Below are positions 10,023 through 19,133 of a stretch of 64,000 bases of DNA, one piece after another. The translations under genes and the position numbers were made by a program. Position 1 is the stretch's first letter; the number at the start of each line of letters is the position of its first letter. The DNA lies in the NCBI GenBank assembly GCA_963761335.1, contig CAVXGR010000013.1, positions 256,001-320,000 of the forward strand, read 5' to 3'. Source of the stretch: an uncultured delta proteobacterium. GTDB lineage: Bacteria; Desulfobacterota; Binatia; HRBIN30; BPIQ01. The notes under the pieces are model-generated. The model was not told the origin of the DNA and did not search any database. It worked only from the letters and a program-made list of their open reading frames with translations.

Positions 10023-10853
10023 ATGAACTCCAGCCAGCTCTTCGAGCCAACCCTCGGCGCCTACTTCGGCTACTGCATCGGCTTCTGGCTGCGTTACTTC
10101 GCCATCGCCGGGTTTCTCTACTGGTTCTTTCACGTCGCCTTCTCGCATCGCTGGCTCCGCTACCGAATCCAGCCGCACTTTCCTCCGGGGGCACAGGTCG
10201 CCCACGAGATCTTCTGGTCCATCTCCAACACCTTCTGCACCGGCCTCTCCACACTGCTCCTCTACCGCCTGGTACGCGACGGGCGGACGAGCATGTACTT
10301 CGACGCTGGCGCCCACGGCTGGGGGTACTTCGTCCTTTCCATCGCCGCCGGCATCATCGCCTACGACTCGTGGTTCTACTGGCAACACCGGCTGCTGCAC
10401 ACACAATGGCTGTTCGCCAAGGTGCACGCCGTGCACCACCGCGCCACCAATCCGACCGCCTTCGGTGCCTTCGCGCATCATCCTCTGGAAACGTTCATGG
10501 GGAACGCCTTCTTCCTGGTGCTGGCGGTGGTGCTGCCGATGCATCCGCTCGCCTTCGGCGCCGTCGGCGTCTACCTCTTCGCGGCGGCGATCATCTCGCA
10601 CCTGGGCTACGAGTTCTACCCGCGCGGCTTCACCCGGCACCGGCTGGGACGCTGGTGGGACACCTCGACACACCACAACATGCACCACCGACACGCGTCG
10701 TGTAACTACAGCATCCTCTTCAACTACTGGGACCTGTGGATGGGGACCAACCACGGCGCCTACCATCAGACCTTCGACATCATCAAGGCGCGGCTCGGGG
10801 CCGGCGACGTCGCCGCGAGCGCCCGCGGCGTCGCCGGAGAGATCTCATCTTGA
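10023..10853 (+). CDS. Sterol desaturase / fatty-acid hydroxylase family membrane di-iron enzyme
   Basis: His boxes HRLLH, HAVHH, AHHP-E, HLG, HHNMHH; NYS..FNYWD..MGT. Confidence 0.9.
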   Translation: MNSSQLFEPTLGAYFGYCIGFWLRYFAIAGFLYWFFHVAFSHRWLRYRIQPHFPPGAQVAHEIFWSISNTFCTGLSTLLLYRLVRDGRTSMYFDAGAHGWGYFVLSIAAGIIAYDSWFYWQHRLLHTQWLFAKVHAVHHRATNPTAFGAFAHHPLETFMGNAFFLVLAVVLPMHPLAFGAVGVYLFAAAIISHLGYEFYPRGFTRHRLGRWWDTSTHHNMHHRHASCNYSILFNYWDLWMGTNHGAYHQTFDIIKARLGAGDVAASARGVAGEISS

Positions 10854-10924
10854 CTCTCCACGGGCCGTCACGCCAGATTGAGGGCTGCCGGCGCCCCGGC
10901 GATGATTTGCAACCCTCTCCTCGC

Positions 10925-12295
10925 ATGACCCCGCTTTCCGCCCCGACAGCCCTGCCGGACGGGCCTCCCCTGTCCGCCGAAGAGACCACCTTTCGGTGGA
11001 TGGCGCGGCCATTCGATTTCCTCGACGCGTGTGCCGCCGCCTTTGCCGACCTCTTCACCCTGCACTTCACCCGCTTCGGCACGCATGTCGTCCTGGCGCA
11101 TCCCGACGACGTGCGCGAGGTTCTCACGGGCAACCCCGACGTCCTCTACGCCGGGCGCGGCAACACGCTTCTGGAGCCGATCCTCGGCCGCCATTCCCTG
11201 CTGCTCGCCGACGGCGAGCGCCATCTGCGACAGCGCGCCCTGCTGCAGCCCGCCTTCCGCGGCGAGCGGGTGCAGAGCTACGCCGAGCTGGTGGCGGCAG
11301 CCACCCGCAAATGGACCGCATCCTGGGACGGAGGCGGCACCTTCCGCGTGCAGCGCACCGCCCTCGATATCTCCCGCGAGGTGATTCTCCGCCTCGTGCT
11401 CGGCATCGACGACGATGCCGAGCTGGCGCAACTGAGTCGGCTGGTCGAGGACGTCATGCTGCTGGTGGCCACCAACGCCACCTTCGACGAGCCCCCGCCC
11501 GAGGCGGCGAGCCCGGCGCCGCAGAGCCGCCTCATGGAGCGCTTTCGCGCGGCGCGCGCGGCCCTCAACGAGGCGCTGCAAGAGCACGTCGAGCAGCGGC
11601 GGCGAGGCGATCGCTCGCAGCGGCGCGGGCTTGGCTCCCAGGGCGGCGATGTCCTCTCGATGCTTCTGGAGGCGCGCAGCGAGTCGGGTGTGGCACTGCC
11701 CGACGAGGAAATCCGCGACCAGCTGGTCACCATGATTCTGGCCGGTCACGAGACCACCGCCAGCTCGATCACCTGGGCCCTCCTCTGCCTCGACTCGCGC
11801 CCCGAGGCCCGCGAGCCCCTGCTGCGCGAGCTGGCCGGGGCGGCGGACCTCCCGGATCACCGCCTGGCGGGGCTTCCCTATCTGCAGGCCACGTGTCTCG
11901 AGACACTGCGCCTGCGACCCGTCATCCCGGTGGTGTCGCGGCAGCTCCAGAGACCGTTTCGCCTGCGCCAGTGGACGCTTCCGGCGGGAATCTTCGTCAC
12001 CCCCTGCCCCTATCTGGCACACCGCCGCCCCGAGGTGTTCGCCGATCCCGAGACCTTTCGCCCGGAGCGTTTCCTCGAAGGGCGCTTCTCGCCATACGAG
12101 TACTTCCCCTTCGGCGGCGGCGCGCACCGCTGCATCGGCATGTCGTTCGCGCTGCTGGAGCTGCAGATCGTCGTCGGCATGCTGGCGCGGCGCTTCCGCT
12201 TTGCCGCCGCAGGCCCGGTCCGGGGGGTGCGACGCGCGGTCACCGTGGTCGCCTCCGGTGGCGGCAAGATGCACGTCGAGCGCCGCAGCGCCTGA
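10925..12295 (+). CDS. Cytochrome P450
   Basis: I-helix AGHETTA, ETLR, PERF and heme ligand FGGGAHRCIG. Confidence 0.95.
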   Translation: MTPLSAPTALPDGPPLSAEETTFRWMARPFDFLDACAAAFADLFTLHFTRFGTHVVLAHPDDVREVLTGNPDVLYAGRGNTLLEPILGRHSLLLADGERHLRQRALLQPAFRGERVQSYAELVAAATRKWTASWDGGGTFRVQRTALDISREVILRLVLGIDDDAELAQLSRLVEDVMLLVATNATFDEPPPEAASPAPQSRLMERFRAARAALNEALQEHVEQRRRGDRSQRRGLGSQGGDVLSMLLEARSESGVALPDEEIRDQLVTMILAGHETTASSITWALLCLDSRPEAREPLLRELAGAADLPDHRLAGLPYLQATCLETLRLRPVIPVVSRQLQRPFRLRQWTLPAGIFVTPCPYLAHRRPEVFADPETFRPERFLEGRFSPYEYFPFGGGAHRCIGMSFALLELQIVVGMLARRFRFAAAGPVRGVRRAVTVVASGGGKMHVERRSA

Positions 12296-12307
12296 CTCCG
12301 AGGAATC

Positions 12308-12616
12308 ATGCCCGACCGAGAAATCGTCTTCGCCAAGGTTCGCGCCGCGCTGCTCGACGTCATTGAGGAGCAGGGCTCGGCAGGAGCCTCGCCTTCCGGG
12401 TCGAGGCGACAGATCGAGGTGCGCCTCGAGCACCACCTGGTCGAGGATCTCGGTGTCGACTCGGTCAACATCGCCAGCCTGACCATCGCCCTCGAAGATC
12501 AGTTCGAGGACGTGCTGCTGCTGAACGACTGGATCGCCAGCGCCAGTAGCCCGAGCGAGCTGACCGTCGCCTCCCTGGTCGACTACCTGATGGAGCTGCT
12601 CGCGGAGAGCGGATGA
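12308..12616 (+). CDS. Acyl carrier protein
   Basis: Small acidic protein with EDLGVDSV phosphopantetheine site and terminal TVASLVDYL helix. Confidence 0.9.
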   Translation: MPDREIVFAKVRAALLDVIEEQGSAGASPSGSRRQIEVRLEHHLVEDLGVDSVNIASLTIALEDQFEDVLLLNDWIASASSPSELTVASLVDYLMELLAESG

Positions 12617-14463
12617 TGCCTTTCGCTGTCGCCGAGCACGACGGCGTGCTCACCCTCACGCTCGACACCCCCGGGTCGCCAGTCAACATCTTCAACCACG
12701 CCAGCGCGCGCCAGCTCACCGAGATTCTCTCCGCAGTCACGCCGTCGACGACCCGGGCAATCGTGTTCGAAACGGCCAAGCCGAACAGCTTCATCAACGG
12801 CGTCGGCCTTCTGCTCGCCCAGGCGTCGCAGACGCGCGACGACGTCGCGCGCGCCAGCGAGACGCCGTGGACGGCCTACCGCGCGGTTCGCGAGGCCCCG
12901 GTACCGACGGTCGCGGTGGTGCGCGGAAACTGCTTCGGCTGTGGAGTAGAGTTCGCCCTCAACTGCGACTACCGCATCGCCGCCGACGACTGCGAGACGC
13001 AGTTCTACATGACCGAGCTGAACGACTATCTGTTCATCCCGCTGTTCGGCAGTACCTGGAATCTTCCGGAGGCCGTCGGTCTGGCCGATGCCGTCGATCT
13101 GCTTCTCTGGGGACAGCGCTGGGACGGGCAGAAGGCGTGCGCGCGCGGCCTCGTGGACGAGGTCGCCGGCCTTGCCGAGCTGGGAGATCGCACCCGCGGA
13201 TTCCTCCAACGGATATTGCAGGGCGCGCAGCCGAGCCGCCGCCGGGGCCGCGTCTCCTGGGGCGCGGCGGAAGACGAGGTCATGCGTCAGGCGCGGCAGC
13301 GGATCGCCGCACTGCCGCCGCAGACGCACGAGGTCTATACCGACGCCCTCAACCTTCTCGAGGCGGGGGCGCGGCAGACGGGCAGCTACGTCGAGCACCA
13401 GAGACGCGAGCTGGCCTGCTCGGCGGCCAGCGCCCTCTCGCCGATCGGCAAGTCGGCCTATGGTTTTTTCTACCTGCGCCAGATGGCGAGCGAGCGCGCC
13501 GCGGGGCGGCTGCGCGGCGCGGTGACCCCCGTGACTCTGCGAGTCGAGGCGCAGGAGAGCCCCGACCTGCAACGCCTCGAGGCCGACCTCCGCTGCCGGC
13601 GGCTCGCCGGGGTGAGCTTCGCGGCGGCGGATACCGCCGCCGACCTCCGCCTGGTGCCGCCGCAGCGCCGCGAAGCACTGCCGGCAGCCTCTGCGGAGCC
13701 GCAACCGCATGGCGCGGCGATCGCCGTGCACCTGTCACTCGGCTGCGGCGATCAGGCGGAAGAGCGCGCCGCCGCCGAGATCTACGCGCCGTTGTACGCG
13801 TCCGGCGCGCGCCTGGTGGAGCTGGCGGTGCGCCCCGCACCGGAGCCGCGAATGTCGGCAGAGGGGGCGACCCGGCTGACCCGCACTCTGCAGCGCTTCG
13901 GCTTCGAGGTGGCGCGCACGGCGCCGCGCCGGGGCTTTGTCTCGGACCGCCTGTTGATCGCCTACTTCGCACCGCTGCTGCGCTTCGCCGAGCGCTGCGG
14001 AGGTGCTGAGGCCGTCGAGAGCGCCATGCGTCAGGCCGGGTTTGCCCGGCGGCCGCGAGAGATCCTCGCCGCTCTGCCGCGGGCGGAGCTGGCGCGGCGG
14101 CTGGCGGCACAGGTGGCAGGCTCGGCTGCGGAGGTGGAGTCGCTGCTGGCGGCGCTGGCGCGCCCCGCGAGCTGGCGCGGCAGAGGCGATGGCGTGCTGA
14201 TGGATGCTCTCGCCGTCTCGCTGCTCGAAGCCGTCCTGGGAGCACGCGCCGCAGGCGAGGTGCGGGACGCGGCGACCGTCGACCTGATCGCCCGCGAGCT
14301 CCTCGATTTTCCGCGGCACCTGTGCAGCCTGTGCGCCTGGCTCAAGCGCGATCTGGTCGCCCGCGCCCTCGAAGGCGACCCGAGGCTGCCCCTACTGGTG
14401 AGCGACACCGCCCTGGCCGCGGGGCGCGCCTTCGCCGCCGGAGGGCGGGAGTTCTACCGGTGA
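12613..14463 (+). CDS. FadB/FadJ-like protein: crotonase domain plus degenerate 3-hydroxyacyl-CoA dehydrogenase region
   Basis: TLDTPGSPVN, GNCFGCGVEFALNCDYRIA, MTEL; C-terminal GFVSDRLL remnant; no GxGxxG NAD-binding motif. Confidence 0.75.
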   Translation: MMPFAVAEHDGVLTLTLDTPGSPVNIFNHASARQLTEILSAVTPSTTRAIVFETAKPNSFINGVGLLLAQASQTRDDVARASETPWTAYRAVREAPVPTVAVVRGNCFGCGVEFALNCDYRIAADDCETQFYMTELNDYLFIPLFGSTWNLPEAVGLADAVDLLLWGQRWDGQKACARGLVDEVAGLAELGDRTRGFLQRILQGAQPSRRRGRVSWGAAEDEVMRQARQRIAALPPQTHEVYTDALNLLEAGARQTGSYVEHQRRELACSAASALSPIGKSAYGFFYLRQMASERAAGRLRGAVTPVTLRVEAQESPDLQRLEADLRCRRLAGVSFAAADTAADLRLVPPQRREALPAASAEPQPHGAAIAVHLSLGCGDQAEERAAAEIYAPLYASGARLVELAVRPAPEPRMSAEGATRLTRTLQRFGFEVARTAPRRGFVSDRLLIAYFAPLLRFAERCGGAEAVESAMRQAGFARRPREILAALPRAELARRLAAQVAGSAAEVESLLAALARPASWRGRGDGVLMDALAVSLLEAVLGARAAGEVRDAATVDLIARELLDFPRHLCSLCAWLKRDLVARALEGDPRLPLLVSDTALAAGRAFAAGGREFYR

Positions 14464-16289
14464 GCGCCATCGTCAGCGAAGCGGCGCGGCGGGGGACGGC
14501 TGCCGACGGGGCATGTCCCGAGTACCCGGCCGGAATCCAAAGTCTTCCAGGCGTTCTGCGCTACCAGGGCGAGCACCTGGGGGAGCGCTTCGTCTGCCAT
14601 CGAGTCGGCCGACGGCGAACGGGCATCGTCGCCGAGCCGCTGACCGTCGGCGAGCTGTTGGCGCAGGCCGGGACCGCCGCCGCCGCGCTGGGCGCCGCCG
14701 GCGTACGGCCGGGAGACCGGGTCATCCTCTCGCTGAGCGATCCGCACGACTTTCTCGTCGCCTTCTTCGGGACGCTCACCGCCGGCGCCACCGCCGTTCC
14801 ACTGCCCACCGTCGCCGAGGCGGGTGCGCCGCGGTCCTTCGCCGCCCGCGTGCGCGCCGTGTGCGCCGACTGCGCTCCCGCGGCGGCGATCGCGGAGGCG
14901 GCGGATCGCTTCCGCCAGGCGGTCGGCGAGCTGCCCCCCGGCCTGGTGCTGCTCGAGCCGGCGTCGCTGCGCGGCGCGACAGCTGCGCCACTCGAGATGC
15001 GCGATTGGCCCGCCTCGACGCCGGCATTCATCCAGTACACCTCCGGGAGCACCGGAGCGCCCAAGGGCGCCGTCGTCACCCACGGCAACATCGTCGCCAA
15101 CTGCAGCGCCATTCGCGACGCGACCGGCTACAGTCGCGGCGATCGCATGGTGTCGTGGCTGCCACTGCACCACGACATGGGGCTGATCGGCGGGCTGCTG
15201 ACGAGCATCTACTGCGCCGCCGAGACCTATATCATGCCGCCGATGGCGTTTCTGGCGCGGCCGGTGACCTGGCTGGAGGCGATCTCGCACTGCGGCGGCG
15301 TTCTGACGGTGGCGCCGACCTTCGCCTACAGTCTCTGTGCCCGCAAGATCCCGGCGAAGCAGCTGGAGGGAATCGACCTCTCCAGCCTGCGCCTCGCCTA
15401 TATCGGTGCCGAGCCCATCGACGCCAGCACCGTAGCGGCGTTCGTCGACCGCTTCGCCGCCTACGGGCTGTCCCGCACGGCGATGTACCCTGTCTATGGT
15501 CTGGCCGAGGCGACCCTCGCGGTCGCCTTTCCGCCGCCGGGCAATCTGCTCCGCTGCGACACTGTCGACCGGCGCCGCCTCGCCGGTGAAGGCGTCGCCG
15601 CACCCGCCTCTCCCGAGCAGGCGGAAGTCGTCACCTTCGTCTCCGTCGGCCATCCCCTGCCGCGGCACCGCGTGCAGATCCTCGACGGCGACACCGGGCA
15701 GCCCCTCGCCGAGCGCCGCGTCGGCGAGCTCGTGGTCGAGGGGGCCTCGGTGACGCCCCGCTACTTCTCGGAACCCGAGAGCGCCGTCCGCACCCGGCTG
15801 TACACCGGCGATCTCGCCTACGCCGCCGATGGCTACCTCTACATCGTCGACCGCATCAAGGACCTGGTGATCATCGGCGGACAGAACTACGCCCCTTCGG
15901 ACATCGAGAACGCCGCCGCCGAGGTCGAAGGCGTGAGGCGGGGACGCATCGTCGCCTTCTCGGCCCCGGGAGCCGCCGGAACCGAAGAGCTGCACATCGT
16001 CGCCGAGGCCAGCCTGGACTCCTGGCGACCTCCGCGCCAGCTCGAGGCGGAGGTGCGGCGTCGCCTGCGCCAGGAGATCGGCCTCTCGGCCACCACCGTG
16101 ACCATGGTCGTACCCGGGACCCTCGAGCGAACCTCGAGCGGCAAGGTCAAACGCCGCGCCTGCGCCGCGGCACACCGCGACGGCACGCTGCACGCGGCAA
16201 GGACGCGCTTGGACGTGATCGCGTACCAGATGGCGCGCTGGCGCAACCTCCTCTGGCACCGCGCCCGGCAGCTCTTCAGCGGGAGCTGA
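14460..16289 (+). CDS. Fatty acyl-AMP ligase (FAAL)
   Basis: IQYTSGSTGAPKG, SWLPLHHDMGLIG, IGAEPI, YGLAEATL, TGDL, RIKDLVII, RTSSGK; GTG overlaps the upstream stop codon. Confidence 0.9.
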   Translation: MSAIVSEAARRGTAADGACPEYPAGIQSLPGVLRYQGEHLGERFVCHRVGRRRTGIVAEPLTVGELLAQAGTAAAALGAAGVRPGDRVILSLSDPHDFLVAFFGTLTAGATAVPLPTVAEAGAPRSFAARVRAVCADCAPAAAIAEAADRFRQAVGELPPGLVLLEPASLRGATAAPLEMRDWPASTPAFIQYTSGSTGAPKGAVVTHGNIVANCSAIRDATGYSRGDRMVSWLPLHHDMGLIGGLLTSIYCAAETYIMPPMAFLARPVTWLEAISHCGGVLTVAPTFAYSLCARKIPAKQLEGIDLSSLRLAYIGAEPIDASTVAAFVDRFAAYGLSRTAMYPVYGLAEATLAVAFPPPGNLLRCDTVDRRRLAGEGVAAPASPEQAEVVTFVSVGHPLPRHRVQILDGDTGQPLAERRVGELVVEGASVTPRYFSEPESAVRTRLYTGDLAYAADGYLYIVDRIKDLVIIGGQNYAPSDIENAAAEVEGVRRGRIVAFSAPGAAGTEELHIVAEASLDSWRPPRQLEAEVRRRLRQEIGLSATTVTMVVPGTLERTSSGKVKRRACAAAHRDGTLHAARTRLDVIAYQMARWRNLLWHRARQLFSGS

Positions 16290-16420
16290 AGATGCTGGGG
16301 GACAGGCCGCCCCCACGATTAGCGCTTGAGCGGAGGCCCGCGCTCGGGTAGACGAGCACGCCTGGGTCAAAGAGGAGCAATCGCCGGAGACCGGGCACCC
16401 GCATCTCAGGATAGTCGAGA

Positions 16421-17950
16421 ATGATGAGCGCCACGTCCAAGATCCGCAGCCTGGAGCAGCTGGCGAGCGAGGTCGCTCACCTGCGCTCCGGAGGCAAGCG
16501 CATCGTTCACTGCCACGGCATCTTCGACCTGCTCCACATCGGGCACATTCGCCATCTGGAGCGCGCCCGGCAGATGGGCGATCTGCTCGTGGTCACGGTT
16601 GCGCCGGACCGCTATGTCGAGCACCCACAGCGGGCGTCGTTTCCCGAGCAGCTGCGCGCCGAAGGGGTGGCCGCGCTCAACTGCGTCGACTACGTCGCCA
16701 TCAACAAGTGGCCGCTGGCGATCGAGCCCATCGCGCTCCTGCGGCCGCATCTCTACGTCAAGGCCGCCGAGTTTCAGAACCCGGAGAGGGATCTCCACGC
16801 CAGCATACGCCTGGAGGCCGCCGCCGTGGAGGCGGCCGGCGGCCGGCTCGCCTTCACCGACGAGCTCACCCAAAGCTCGCCTGGGCTGCCCGACGGGGAC
16901 ATGTCGGCGCCGCCGGACGACTCCCGCTCGTTTCTGGCCGATTACGGCGCGCGCCACCGCCCCGCGGAGGTGATCGACTACCTCGATCGCATGCGCGGGC
17001 TGCGGGTCCTCGTCGTCGGCGAGGCGATCATCGACGAGTACCAGTATTGCCAGGCGATCGGAAAGTCCTCGAAGGCGCCGGCGCTGGTCGCCCGGGTCGA
17101 GAAGAGCGAGCGCTTCGCCGGCGGTATCCTGGCGGTCGCCAATCACATTGCCGATTTCTGCGGGCAGGTCAGCCTGCTGGCCCAGCTGGGGACACGCAGC
17201 ACCCACGAGGCCCTCATCCGCGAGCAGCTGCATGCCAACGTCTCGCCGTATTTCCTACACCGCCGCAACGCGCCGACGATCGTCAAGCGGCGCTTCATCG
17301 AATCCTACTTCTTCACCAACATGCTCGAGCTCTACGAGATCAACGACGGCTCCCTGGACGCGGACGACGGCGAGGCGCTGTGTACGGCGATCCAACGGCT
17401 GGCGCCCGAGGAGTTCGACCTGGTGGTGGTGGTCGACTACGGCCACAACATGCTCACCGCCGAGGCGGCGCAGCTTCTCTCGGCGCGCTCGCGTTTCCTG
17501 GCGATGAACGCCCAGGCAAACGCCGGCAACCGCGGGCACAACCGCGTGTCCAAGTACCCGCGCGCCGATTACGTCTGCGCCGCCGAGTACGAGATGGAGC
17601 TCGAGGCGCGCGACTGGCATGGCGACCTTCACCCGGTCGTCCTCGACGTCGCCGAGCGCCTGTCGTGTACGCATGTGACGGTGACCCGCGGCGGGCGCGG
17701 CGCTCTCTGCTACGGCCGCGAGGAAGGCTTTCAGCAGGTGCCGGCACTCGGCAGCAAGGTCATCGACCGGGTCGGTGCCGGAGACACCTTTCTGGCGATC
17801 TCGGCGCCGGCACTCGCCCTCGGCGCACCGATCGAGACGGCGGGCTTCCTCGGCAACGTCGCCGCCGCCGAGGCGGTGGCCACGGTCGGACACCGCGAGT
17901 ACCTGCGGCGGGCGCGGCTGGAGAAGCACGTGCGGGTGCTGCTGGCATGA
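16421..17950 (+). CDS. Bifunctional nucleotidyltransferase + PfkB-family kinase (RfaE/HldE-like, domain order reversed)
   Basis: N-terminal HGIFDLLHIGH (HxGH) motif; C-terminal GEAIIDEY, DYGH, DRVGAGD. Confidence 0.85.
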   Translation: MMSATSKIRSLEQLASEVAHLRSGGKRIVHCHGIFDLLHIGHIRHLERARQMGDLLVVTVAPDRYVEHPQRASFPEQLRAEGVAALNCVDYVAINKWPLAIEPIALLRPHLYVKAAEFQNPERDLHASIRLEAAAVEAAGGRLAFTDELTQSSPGLPDGDMSAPPDDSRSFLADYGARHRPAEVIDYLDRMRGLRVLVVGEAIIDEYQYCQAIGKSSKAPALVARVEKSERFAGGILAVANHIADFCGQVSLLAQLGTRSTHEALIREQLHANVSPYFLHRRNAPTIVKRRFIESYFFTNMLELYEINDGSLDADDGEALCTAIQRLAPEEFDLVVVVDYGHNMLTAEAAQLLSARSRFLAMNAQANAGNRGHNRVSKYPRADYVCAAEYEMELEARDWHGDLHPVVLDVAERLSCTHVTVTRGGRGALCYGREEGFQQVPALGSKVIDRVGAGDTFLAISAPALALGAPIETAGFLGNVAAAEAVATVGHREYLRRARLEKHVRVLLA

Positions 17951-17978
17951 CGAAGCCCCGTTGGTGCGGAGGGCGGTC

Positions 17979-18572
17979 GTGACTCGGGGGGCGCGCGCCT
18001 ACTTCGAGCGGGTCGCGCAGCTGCTCACCGCGATCGAGATCACCGAGGCGGGCGGCGCACCGCTGTCCCTGGACGCCGGCAGCGAGCGAGCCGTCGAGCT
18101 CATGCTGGCCGTGGCCGGAAACGGCGGCAAGGTCATCCTCGTCGGCAACGGCGGCAGCGCCTCGATCGCCGGCCACATGCAGCTGGACCTCTGCAATCGC
18201 GCCGGCCTTCGCGCCCAGGTCTTTCACGATCTGCCGGTGCTGACGGCGCTCTCCAACGACCACGGCTATCCCTCCGCCTTCGCGCGCACGGTGGCGCTCT
18301 GGGCGGAATCGCAGGACTGCCTGGTGGCCATCAGCAGCTCCGGGTCTTCGGAGAACATCCACCATGCGGTGCGCGCCGCCCGCGATCGCGGCTGCCCGGT
18401 CATCACCTTTTCGGGCTTCCGCGGCGACAACGCGCTGCGATCCCTGGGCACCTGCAACTTCTACGTCGCCTCGGAGAGCTACGGCGAGGTAGAGGTGGCA
18501 CATCACGCCCTCGGGCACTTCCTCACCGACCGAGCCGCCGAGGTCGCTGCGGCGCGCCTGTCGGGCAATTGA
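17979..18572 (+). CDS. SIS-domain phosphoheptose isomerase-like protein (GmhA family)
   Basis: GNGGSASIAGH, TALSNDHGY, ISSSGSSENI, YGEVEVAH; GGAGG ribosome-binding site before GTG 17979. Confidence 0.85.
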   Translation: MTRGARAYFERVAQLLTAIEITEAGGAPLSLDAGSERAVELMLAVAGNGGKVILVGNGGSASIAGHMQLDLCNRAGLRAQVFHDLPVLTALSNDHGYPSAFARTVALWAESQDCLVAISSSGSSENIHHAVRAARDRGCPVITFSGFRGDNALRSLGTCNFYVASESYGEVEVAHHALGHFLTDRAAEVAAARLSGN

Positions 18573-18590
18573 GCGGGCGCCGCCGCGACC

Positions 18591-19004
18591 TCACCCGCCG
18601 CTCTTGCCGGCGCCGAGCCGCTCCTTCAAGACGTCGACCTGCTCCGGCAGGAGAACCATGAAGTATCCCGGCGAGGAGTGCGACAGATAGAGGAAGACGC
18701 GCCCGAGCTCCTTCGTCTCGACGAAGCCGCGGTGCACCTTGCCGTCCTTGAGAGTGAGCCCGAGACCGTCCACCGACAGTCCGTCGAGGTGGCCGTCGAT
18801 CGGCAGGATGATTCCCCAGCCGCGGTCTTCAGTCTCGCCCTTGCGGAAGTTCACCACCCGCGCCTGGTACGGCGTCTCCTCGCTCTTGGGCGGGTTGCCG
18901 CACTCGATCTGCATGAGCACGTTTCCGGCGCCCGCCGGGAGGGCGCCGACAAGGACGGCGCCGATCACTGCCGCGATGACGCCGCGCGCCGTCGACTCTG
19001 ACAT
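18591..19004 (-). CDS. Hypothetical secreted protein
   Basis: Signal-peptide-like N-terminus ending PAGA; GC3-rich codons. Confidence 0.6.
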   Translation of the reverse strand: MSESTARGVIAAVIGAVLVGALPAGAGNVLMQIECGNPPKSEETPYQARVVNFRKGETEDRGWGIILPIDGHLDGLSVDGLGLTLKDGKVHRGFVETKELGRVFLYLSHSSPGYFMVLLPEQVDVLKERLGAGKSGG

Positions 19005-19133
19005 CTCGATCCCGCCTGGTGTCCGATCATCGCCCGAAGTGTCGGACGGTTCAACCCCGCGCGGCGACGGCAGCGGGGTCGCGGTTGAGGGGCGACGGCG
19101 ACTGGTCTAGACGGAAGGAGCGAGGCTTCGGAA

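Noticed and set aside
10023..16289. JamABC/TtuABC-type terminal alkyne cassette
   Set aside because: The di-iron enzyme looks like the sterol desaturase/FA-hydroxylase family rather than JamB-type, and no PKS is present
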